From the IMG/VR virus record IMGVR_UViG_3300022602_000024, positions 124,001 through 188,000 of that record: a stretch of DNA of 64,000 nucleotides; one strand, written 5' to 3'. Shown here in pieces: positions 1 to 7,573 of this stretch (position 1 is the first letter of the stretch; each line of letters begins with the position of its first letter). The notes beneath the pieces were generated by a model that searched no databases, was not told where the DNA came from, and saw only the letters and a program-made list of their open reading frames with translations. The translations under genes were made by a program, and so were the position numbers.

Positions 1-983
1 CTAGTGATCAAGTGTTGCCATACTTCGGGCACCTGATGAAAATTCAAATTTGTAATCACAGTATTAAAATTCACTGAGTTTCTTGGATTATTTTTTTCTG
101 CTAACCAATCAAATATAGAATCTATGTTTTTTTGTATGTAAGGCCAACGACTAGGAGTTCTTTGTATGTATGCAATATCATCTATGGCATCTATACTTAA
201 ATTGAACATGACTTGATCAAAATTTCCCAAAATATCCAGCAAACGTTTGTTGACATTGGTACAGTTGGTGTTGATGAATGCCAATATGTGTTGACTATGT
301 CCTGTTGTAACTAGATCTTCTAAGAAATCTATGTTTTCTTTGATAATGGTTGGTTCTCCGCCAGTGAGCCATACCGTTTCCAATGAACTGTAATGATCTT
401 TCAGTATAGTAGCCAATGGTCTCTTAACTGGCCAATCATAAAGATCTCCAAACTCGCCACCGTTGAGAACTCCAATGGATGTTTTGCTAAATTTAATTTG
501 TTGTTTTGTAGTAATATTTCTATCTAAGAAAAATTCTGAATATTGTATACTGTTGTCAGGCCCACACATTTTACAGGCCAGGTTGCATAAATTGCCGGTA
601 CTGATCTGCATGTCAATCCAGTCAACATTTAATTCGCCATTATTTTCTGCTGCATACTGGATTCGATCCTGCACACGACTCAATGGTATTCGATCATTGG
701 CATTTTTTCTTACACTATTGCCTTTGGTGTGATCTTTATTTTCTAGTTTCCAACAAGAGTTACAACATTCAGGTTCCTTGCCGTTGATTAAATCTAATCT
801 TAATTGTTTTTGTTCTTGGCTATTCCAAAAATCAGATATATTGTGTGTATTAACATTATATACTTGTTGTTGATCGTCGGTCATTCTACCAAGTATGGCA
901 CAACATGATACTATATCGCCATTGGGCTGAATCATATTGTGTGCAAAAGGATATGCACAAATTGTAGGACTGTGTATTTCCAT
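1..983 (-). CDS. Radical SAM protein with N-terminal SPASM/twitch-like Cys region (partial, runs off window start)
   Basis: Manual translation from ATG at 983 (not in ORF track): MEIHSPTICAYPF..SCC..CCNSCW, CxxxCxxC motif CNLACKMC at 564-587, LTGGEP motif; no stop before position 1. Confidence 0.85.
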   Translation of the reverse strand, partial: MEIHSPTICAYPFAHNMIQPNGDIVSCCAILGRMTDDQQQVYNVNTHNISDFWNSQEQKQLRLDLINGKEPECCNSCWKLENKDHTKGNSVRKNANDRIPLSRVQDRIQYAAENNGELNVDWIDMQISTGNLCNLACKMCGPDNSIQYSEFFLDRNITTKQQIKFSKTSIGVLNGGEFGDLYDWPVKRPLATILKDHYSSLETVWLTGGEPTIIKENIDFLEDLVTTGHSQHILAFINTNCTNVNKRLLDILGNFDQVMFNLSIDAIDDIAYIQRTPSRWPYIQKNIDSIFDWLAEKNNPRNSVNFNTVITNLNFHQVPEVWQHLIT

Positions 984-986
984 GTG

Positions 987-1298
987 TTAGTTAAGTGCTA
1001 TTAACGCCAGTTTGGTTAATCCCACCATGTCAATGCAAAACAATAATGCGTAGTTGGCCAACATGCCAAATGATCCACGTGTCCATGCTGCCCAGGCATA
1101 GATCAAGGTACTGGCCACCCAGATACAGTATAATTGTAGCAATGGCGGATTGGGCAAAAATATAGTCATGCCTAGTGCACACCCAATACTACCAAACCAT
1201 CCTAGTATTTCAAGGCAAAAGCGTAATGGCCATTCGTTGTAGTCACGTTTCATCCAGTCTGCAGTACTTGAAAAGCATCGGTTGATTATTTGTTTCAT
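987..1298 (-). CDS. Hypothetical membrane protein
   Basis: ORF track; several hydrophobic segments; 4-nt overlap with upstream gene. Confidence 0.6.
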   Translation of the reverse strand: MKQIINRCFSSTADWMKRDYNEWPLRFCLEILGWFGSIGCALGMTIFLPNPPLLQLYCIWVASTLIYAWAAWTRGSFGMLANYALLFCIDMVGLTKLALIALN

Positions 1299-1939
1299 TT
1301 GGGTAAGTGGTAAAATTTTTGTTGGTATTGATCTATTACTTGTCTATACCGTACAATATCACGTTCTAAGAAATTCTTTTGTAGACTATGATAGTTGGTT
1401 TCGTATACTTTTTTGTAGTATTCGATCTGTTTTCTAAGTTCCAGCTCATCAGCAGTGGCAACATTCATACGCCGATCTCGTTCTATAACCAAGTCAAGCC
1501 CGTTCTCTTTGAAGAACATGTTGGTTAAATCGTTGCCCGAGTATAAATGACGGTCAGGATCAAACGGCTCATACGGCTGATGATCTTTGATTGTTGCATC
1601 CAGTGGAATCCAATGTATAGGCAAATCCCAGATGGGACCCAACATCATGGATACACTATAGGTATGCTCGTCAAATACTCCGCTGACCAACAACTTGGCC
1701 ACTTGTGGATCATCTAAACTAATGTCTGGATTGAGCCTCAGGTACTGTGTGATACCTTTGGTATGCCTGACTTCAGGATCTGTTATATGTGCAAAGATCT
1801 TGTACTGTGATAAATCTAATAGTGGATCAAATAAGTTAACATAATCCCACCCATGTGCAGCCAAGAATGTGTTATGTGTTATATAACCATTCTTAGGGCA
1901 CAGTATGTATAGGAAGCGATCTTTGATCCTGCAGAACAT
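1295..1939 (-). CDS. Hypothetical protein
   Basis: 214-aa ORF translationally coupled to both neighbours. Confidence 0.6.
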   Translation of the reverse strand: MFCRIKDRFLYILCPKNGYITHNTFLAAHGWDYVNLFDPLLDLSQYKIFAHITDPEVRHTKGITQYLRLNPDISLDDPQVAKLLVSGVFDEHTYSVSMMLGPIWDLPIHWIPLDATIKDHQPYEPFDPDRHLYSGNDLTNMFFKENGLDLVIERDRRMNVATADELELRKQIEYYKKVYETNYHSLQKNFLERDIVRYRQVIDQYQQKFYHLPK

Positions 1940-2199
1940 TAAAGAGTTTTGCCAACAGTTTCTAAAATAGTATTCAAATCTTCGTGTTCACGATTGGTAT
2001 CGGTGAGTTTTGATTTTTGGGCAATCTTGATTGCTTTTTTCAAAACACTGGGTTTGATTTCTAACTCTTCAGCAATGGCTTTGACTGTATCACTGAGTCC
2101 GGCATTCAAGTCTTCGATTTCTTGAAGTACGTGCATACCTTCGTTGATAATTTGTGTGAGTTTGGCTTTTTGTTCGCCACTGAACATACGTGCTGACAT
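1939..2199 (-). CDS. Small helical DNA-binding protein, T4 DsbA-like
   Basis: Pattern EIEDLNAGLSDTVKAIAEELEIKPSVLKKAIKIA resembles phage DsbA-type proteins; SD AGGAG upstream. Confidence 0.5.
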   Translation of the reverse strand: MSARMFSGEQKAKLTQIINEGMHVLQEIEDLNAGLSDTVKAIAEELEIKPSVLKKAIKIAQKSKLTDTNREHEDLNTILETVGKTL

Positions 2200-2223
2200 A
2201 AGGTCTCCTTAGTTGAAAATGTT

Positions 2224-2252
2224 ATTATATACTAGTTTATTTGATATTGCAA
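2224..2252 (-). promoter_or_regulatory. Sigma70-type promoter TTGCAA-17-TATAAT
   Basis: -35 at 2247-2252, -10 at 2224-2229, 17-bp spacer, upstream of ORF starting 2199. Confidence 0.7.
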
Positions 2253-2267
2253 GACTATTTTGGAATT

Positions 2268-2359
2268 AATGCTCACTTTAGGGGTCTTTGGGCACGACTC
2301 CTATCAACCCTGGCCAGCAGCCGGCCACACCGTAACACAAGGTCACTAAGGTAGGTGTT
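2268..2359 (-). ncRNA. Candidate structured RNA, family not recognised
   Basis: GC-rich intergenic block with stems ACACC/GGUGU, GUGAC/GUUAC, UGGCCGG/CUGGCCA, GGGUU/GACCC; G.U pairs work on minus strand. Confidence 0.5.
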
Positions 2360-4312
2360 CTATTTTTTATAAAGTGCTCGTAATACCTGTTTTAACAGGT
2401 GTTGCACAGTGGGATCAGATGCAGGCAAATTGGATTTGGTTTCCATACTGTAAGCAATATCATTCCACTCTTTGTTTTCTATGGTATTCAATGATCCATT
2501 TGAATTGGCAGAGTTGATTGCTTTCAATCCTGCAATGGTAATGGGCACTATTTGATAAGTGGCAAAGCGCCCGCCTACGGTTCTGTTAATTCTCATGCCT
2601 GCTAATCCTGTTTTGGCTTTTGCAGCAAATTCTTGTTTAACAGCATCTCCAACTGCAACAGGTACGATTTTGACATCTGTTTGTTTAAGTCGACGCTCCG
2701 ACAGATAGTAGTTCAATGCAGTAGTCATTTTGCTATCAAATGCAGCCAACCCAACATTCAATACTGGACTACCTTTGGTACGCAGATAATTTACCAATGC
2801 ACTGGAATCAGCTGGATTTACTGGTCGTTGGTCTTGTGTTATTTTTGCTAATTTTGTCTTGTATTCTTGCACATAAGCAGCAGGATCACTGGCAATGATC
2901 ATGGCACGAACAAAACGTCCCACTGCATTTTTAATGCCCTGCAGGTCCGCCAAGTAGTTGCCGCCAGCATGACGGAAACTGATATACTTGCCGTTGTTGC
3001 TGATACTGGCAGTATGTGCACGGGATACATTGTTGGCAAAGTCGGCTAATTTTTTAATATCAATGGTTGTAGCCTGTGCAGGACGCCCAAACACATCAGT
3101 CTTTTTCTTTTTGACCTTGACATCATTCTCCCAGTTTCCACCTGATAAATCTCGAAACACACTACGAGCATAGTCATTGCCTTCACGACCAAAGTATTTG
3201 AGCACATACTCGTCGCCTAAGAATACTGCCAGTTTAAGTACATCTAACTTTTGTGGGATACTGACATTGATGTGTAACCCTGTACTGTCATTTGTGTATA
3301 GGCCCATTTGTTGTGCAAGGCCATAAAATCGGTTTAATGCGGTCATAGCATCCAAGGCCGGCAATGGGGGACTGACAATTTCTGCAGCAGAATCTTCTTC
3401 ATTGTCAGGCGATAAACTACCATCAGGCTCAATATACCAGTCAGTGAGGTTTTTTGCTTTCTGATGATAACTATGGAACACCTGAACTGTGCTTTCCATA
3501 GCAGTAGTCACTGCTGGTTGTAGTACTGCAGCAGCATCTTCGTAACTGCCCCCATCATCTTCATCATCGTAGTAGTCATCACTTTCATAATCAGTTAATC
3601 TCAATTGATCCCAGACTGTGGATGGATCATAGGTGAAGTATTGACTGGTATGCACATCAACCCGGCCGTTGCCAGTTAGCCAGATCAAGAAGCCTTTCCA
3701 TGAAGTGCCTGCGGCAGCCATAGAACGCATACGTACACCTAGTTGTTCTAACTCATTGTTACTGTTTTTTATGTATAGCAAATAACCAACCATTCGTGCA
3801 AATTTCAGTTGATCTGACAATTTTTTACTGGCAAAACTGAAACTGCGATCATCATCTGCGCGAATACGTTTGACAGCAAGATCGGAATATTTTTTCTGTT
3901 GTGTTGGGGTCAGTTTGTTATACAGTTCAATAACACCAGGCAAGATACCGTCTTTGAAAGCTGGATATGCTGCGGTCGCAGTATCGAATCCTTTGAGTGG
4001 TTGCTTGAATCGAAATACAGAATCAAACCACTCGGGAGTCAGATCAATATCGGCCTGGCGACCACCAATTCGTTCATCCCACACATTGTTCTGATACAAG
4101 GCGTCATCTGTTTGATCTGTGGTATAAGCGGGCTTTTCTCCAGGTTCTTCAGCAGGAGTACCTTTGACAGTAGCCTCGGGCACACATACTTCAAATTCAA
4201 ATCCAACTAACACGCCAGCGGCATGTCCTTGCTCTACTGCTTGTGCAAAGGAAGTAGGGTCCATACGGACTTCATCTAATTCGGGTTGGTGGGCAAATTC
4301 TGTAATCTTCAT
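2360..4312 (-). CDS. Putative amidoligase (COOH-NH2 ligase type 2) with capsid-targeting-like leader
   Basis: Motifs VGFEFE, WYIEPDGSL, AEIVSPP, TNDSTGLHINVS; N-terminus MKITEFA. Confidence 0.75.
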   Translation of the reverse strand: MKITEFAHQPELDEVRMDPTSFAQAVEQGHAAGVLVGFEFEVCVPEATVKGTPAEEPGEKPAYTTDQTDDALYQNNVWDERIGGRQADIDLTPEWFDSVFRFKQPLKGFDTATAAYPAFKDGILPGVIELYNKLTPTQQKKYSDLAVKRIRADDDRSFSFASKKLSDQLKFARMVGYLLYIKNSNNELEQLGVRMRSMAAAGTSWKGFLIWLTGNGRVDVHTSQYFTYDPSTVWDQLRLTDYESDDYYDDEDDGGSYEDAAAVLQPAVTTAMESTVQVFHSYHQKAKNLTDWYIEPDGSLSPDNEEDSAAEIVSPPLPALDAMTALNRFYGLAQQMGLYTNDSTGLHINVSIPQKLDVLKLAVFLGDEYVLKYFGREGNDYARSVFRDLSGGNWENDVKVKKKKTDVFGRPAQATTIDIKKLADFANNVSRAHTASISNNGKYISFRHAGGNYLADLQGIKNAVGRFVRAMIIASDPAAYVQEYKTKLAKITQDQRPVNPADSSALVNYLRTKGSPVLNVGLAAFDSKMTTALNYYLSERRLKQTDVKIVPVAVGDAVKQEFAAKAKTGLAGMRINRTVGGRFATYQIVPITIAGLKAINSANSNGSLNTIENKEWNDIAYSMETKSNLPASDPTVQHLLKQVLRALYKK

Positions 4313-4318
4313 AATATG

Positions 4319-4332
4319 TATTTATATAAATA
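4319..4332 (-). promoter_or_regulatory. T4-late-type promoter TATAAATA (palindromic, present on both strands)
   Basis: tatttatataaata 7 bp upstream of the amidoligase ATG. Confidence 0.6.
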
Positions 4333-4336
4333 TCTA

Positions 4337-4446
4337 GTGCCGTTGCAATACGGATAGATGAAGATTTGAAAAACCTGGGGACTTTCCGTATCTTGCCCCT
4401 GGGCAACAACGAATTGGCAGGCGAGTTTCATTAATCATCGCGGCAC
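4337..4446 (-). ncRNA. Candidate structured RNA, family not recognised
   Basis: Outer stem GTGCCG/CGGCAC (4337-42 / 4441-46), inner ATACGGA/TCCGTAT (4348-54 / 4385-91), hairpin TTGCCC/GGGCAA (4393-4406). Confidence 0.45.
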
Positions 4447-4452
4447 ACTGTT

Positions 4453-6417
4453 TCATAAATTAATCTGCGGTGATTTACCAACCCAGCGTGAATCTCTAAT
4501 AATGGTTCCTACTTTAAAGTAGTTATCATCTACTTTGCGTACACCCATAGTGATCCAATTGTCATTACGGGTATCAGTAAATGCATATCCAGTACCATTG
4601 GGTTTGTCTTTAAAATATCTTAGTCCGCGATTCAACATGGCTGCACAGGCTTCCATCAATTGTTCAACCGTCATTCTGGAGCCTCTATTCAATTTGATTT
4701 GATCAAAAAAGTGCTTGGTAAACTCTAATTTAATACCCTTGGCATGGGCAAAGTGTTGTGTAGCTGTTGTCACTAGTTGTAGTTTGCGCATCAGTTCTTC
4801 GGTATAATAGGGATCAACTTCCCAGTCACTGTGTTCGTGAATCTTTTTAGCCTTGCCGGCTTTCATGTTGGCCAACCAATGTGCCATGCGTTGTTTTTCG
4901 CCTGTACTGTGTTTGGCAACATTTCTTAATGTACTTACGCTGGCTTTGGTATTAACGCCTGAACGTTTAGCAAGTCCTTTGCGTCCGGGATGTTTACCAT
5001 CAGCAAAGTTTTCTGCCACACCTTGCTTAACGAATTGAACGTTTAATTTGGCATTCTTCCACAACGGATTCTTAGGATCCATTCTTTGTTGTAGCAACCA
5101 TATAGCGGATACTCTGTGTGCCCCATCTTCAAACTTGCCGTTTAACACTATTATTGGATCGAGTTGGGCTAATGACTCTGGATGTTTTTTAAAATACTCA
5201 GCATACTCTATTGCCTTTTCAGTTACGTTCCAACTGTGGTAATCTTTAGCGTCCCAATCATCAACTACATTGTTATAGTAAGGCACACCGGGTATAGATG
5301 ATATAATCTGGCCTACAGTCATTTTGCGAGTTGTTATCTTTGCATCGGACGCAAATGGTTTAGGCTTACCAGAACTTGGTCCCGGTTGTGGGACACCATC
5401 GGCAAAGTTTTCCCATACATTTTTACCCGGCTTGTGCTTGTCCCAAAAGCCAGCACCAGCATCAGTCTGTTGACCACTGCGGCGAATTTTATATCCTTTG
5501 CTCTTTACGTAGTCATACATTGTTTTAGCAATACCTTGACTACGATAGCGTTCGTCAACTTCCAAGTCCTGTGGTAATAATTCATCACCATCAAAGGCAA
5601 ATAATACATGACCTAACTCACGACCATTACTACTTGCAGTAACATACATTACTTGGTTATCATAATCGTCATCATCAACGTATTCATCATCTTTTTGTAT
5701 TTCAATATTGATATCTATACCATTAAATGCTTCTTCTTCTAAACTTTCGCCACGATAAGGACGTACCCAAGAGAAACGTGTGCTGGCCGGAATCCACTTT
5801 AATCCTAAACCGCGATTGCCTTTGGCTGGATCAGTGTCAATCAACAACCAGTCTTTTTCATCGCTAAACTTTACTTCGTGTTGCCGACGAATAATACGCA
5901 CAATCTTGCCTGTGCTTTCAATCTTGGCCATCATGGCAGGCTCTGTGTCTTCATCTAGGAATGTGCTGGCAATCTTACGACACAGATTTTTTAACTTTTC
6001 ATTCTTTGTTTCTACTACGCGGAAACGTGCTGAACTGGTATCTTGTGTGGGATCAATGTATCCACAGTATACACGTTTAATACCTACTCCGTGTAAAAAT
6101 CGACTGCAACTTTCGTCATGGCGATCATCCATTGCTTCACTGCAAGGACTCAATGTTGTAATGACTGTAGATCCTGGGGGAACAGGACCGTTTTCACTAA
6201 CGTAAGCATTGACAGCTACACGTTCAGCGTGTATGCGCTTGCCCTCTGAATCGGGCAAGTTAATACCGCAAACTTCTACTCCGTTGGGATCTAACACACA
6301 AGCTGCTACGCAACCATATGTGTCTTCATCACGTTCTTGTCCAGAAATGACCATTTCGCATAACCTGGCCAGTATGCGATCTAAATGTTCTGTACTGAGT
6401 ATTTCTTTAGTCTGCAT
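4453..6417 (-). CDS. Modular polyprotein: Zn-dependent deaminase + small domain + GNAT + ParB-like + basic module + FTKHF C-terminal domain
   Basis: HAE..TTLSPC..C deaminase motif; RYRSQGIAKTMY GNAT motif A; PIIVLNGKFEDGAHR ParB-like; junctions VWENFADG and GVAENFADG. Confidence 0.7.
   Translation of the reverse strand: MQTKEILSTEHLDRILARLCEMVISGQERDEDTYGCVAACVLDPNGVEVCGINLPDSEGKRIHAERVAVNAYVSENGPVPPGSTVITTLSPCSEAMDDRHDESCSRFLHGVGIKRVYCGYIDPTQDTSSARFRVVETKNEKLKNLCRKIASTFLDEDTEPAMMAKIESTGKIVRIIRRQHEVKFSDEKDWLLIDTDPAKGNRGLGLKWIPASTRFSWVRPYRGESLEEEAFNGIDINIEIQKDDEYVDDDDYDNQVMYVTASSNGRELGHVLFAFDGDELLPQDLEVDERYRSQGIAKTMYDYVKSKGYKIRRSGQQTDAGAGFWDKHKPGKNVWENFADGVPQPGPSSGKPKPFASDAKITTRKMTVGQIISSIPGVPYYNNVVDDWDAKDYHSWNVTEKAIEYAEYFKKHPESLAQLDPIIVLNGKFEDGAHRVSAIWLLQQRMDPKNPLWKNAKLNVQFVKQGVAENFADGKHPGRKGLAKRSGVNTKASVSTLRNVAKHSTGEKQRMAHWLANMKAGKAKKIHEHSDWEVDPYYTEELMRKLQLVTTATQHFAHAKGIKLEFTKHFFDQIKLNRGSRMTVEQLMEACAAMLNRGLRYFKDKPNGTGYAFTDTRNDNWITMGVRKVDDNYFKVGTIIRDSRWVGKSPQINL
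5011..5025 (-). repeat. GVAE linker repeat, variant CAAGGTGTGGCAGAA
   Basis: In frame within 4453..6417; one synonymous change from the core repeat. Confidence 0.75.
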
Positions 6418-6790
6418 GCTTCAACCCAAAGTATTCAGGATTGGCTTGAGCAAAGTCACGCATGATGATGCCGGCATTGCTGTTGGCTTCGTTTTCTTCT
6501 GGGGTACCAGTTTCGCCAGCACCGTCGTACAACTTGCCCTCTAAGTCTTGCTTGTAGTGTGTGAGTTCGTGTGCTAGTGTTCTTAATACATCAACAGGAT
6601 GACGACCAGCAACCACCAGTTCAATAGACTTGGTGTTGGGATTATATCCGCCAAAACTGGTGTCTACAGGGCGTGCTAATAATTTAATAGGAGGCAATTT
6701 TTCCAGCTCTAATCGTTCGGCTACCCAAGGGGCAAACCGATGAACAAACTGCTTGGCCATGCCTTCAATTAAAAAATCACTTGCTCTCAT
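6407..6790 (-). CDS. HEXXH zincin-like metallopeptidase domain protein with leader MRASDFLIE
   Basis: LRTLAHELTHYKQ motif. Confidence 0.6.
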   Translation of the reverse strand: MRASDFLIEGMAKQFVHRFAPWVAERLELEKLPPIKLLARPVDTSFGGYNPNTKSIELVVAGRHPVDVLRTLAHELTHYKQDLEGKLYDGAGETGTPEENEANSNAGIIMRDFAQANPEYFGLKHAD

Positions 6791-7142
6791 TCAAAATCCA
6801 CGTCTGTGCCGATTCTAACAATTGTTGTAATTCTTCTACACTCTCACAATGCCATTTACGCAATGACTTGTTGATACGGCTATTTGGATCATGTGCAGTT
6901 TTTGCACTAGTACGACTCTTTTTCATGCCCTTCATACGTGCGCAGAAACTGGCACGACGTTTGGCAGCTTTTGATCCTTTTTTCAGTTTACTGGGTTTAG
7001 TAGTTACAGCAGTCTGTAGTTTGCTACCAGGATGTTCTTTACGATAACTGGCAACACCTTTTTTGTTCAGTCCGCCGTTTTTGTTCTTGCCTGATTTTTT
7101 CTGCCAGGCTGCAGTTTCTGTGACAATTTCTTCAAATTTCAT
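6777..7142 (-). CDS. Basic phage protein with leader MKFEEIVTE
   Basis: Start moved to 7142 for ATGA overlap with the dps stop; Lys/Arg-rich AAWQKKSGKN..RRASFCARM. Confidence 0.65.
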   Translation of the reverse strand: MKFEEIVTETAAWQKKSGKNKNGGLNKKGVASYRKEHPGSKLQTAVTTKPSKLKKGSKAAKRRASFCARMKGMKKSRTSAKTAHDPNSRINKSLRKWHCESVEELQQLLESAQTWILNESK

Positions 7143-7573
7143 TTTGATGTGGCCCTTAACATCCATGCGTGTTTACGGAACGCGTCCATACGTTCTGCTA
7201 AGAAGTTGCTAAATCCATGCTCGCCCTCGGCTTCGGCAATATCATATACACGCTTTAAAATCAATACCATATTCTCAGCATCTTGTAATAGTTCAGCAAC
7301 CATTTGTTCACCAGGTACAACTTCGGTAGCATCATCAATGCCGCTCAACACACTGAAGCGACTGTTACTACCAGGAGCATAACTGCCTAGGGCACGAATC
7401 TTTTCTGCAAACTCATCCACGGTACCATATACTTCAGTGTAGATGGTTTCAAACAATGCGTGTAGTTCTTGGAAGTTGATGCCTTCTACATTCCAATGAA
7501 AGAACGCAGCTTTCAAATAAAATGTAAATTGGCTAGCAAAGGCTATCTTTGCGGCTTTGGCTAATTCGTTCAT
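7139..7573 (-). CDS. dps: Dps / DNA-binding ferritin-like protein
   Basis: FHWNVEG..LHALFE..DEFAEKIR..HAWML motifs; start at 7573 by ATGA coupling. Confidence 0.9.
   Translation of the reverse strand: MNELAKAAKIAFASQFTFYLKAAFFHWNVEGINFQELHALFETIYTEVYGTVDEFAEKIRALGSYAPGSNSRFSVLSGIDDATEVVPGEQMVAELLQDAENMVLILKRVYDIAEAEGEHGFSNFLAERMDAFRKHAWMLRATSK

Noticed and set aside
4337-4356. CCGTATTGCAA resembles part of a SAM-II riboswitch
   Set aside because: The downstream AAAUG..GCUAAA pseudoknot strand is absent.
4420-4441. GATGA..GAAAC as a hammerhead ribozyme core
   Set aside because: No CUGAUGA consensus and no stem II between the two segments.
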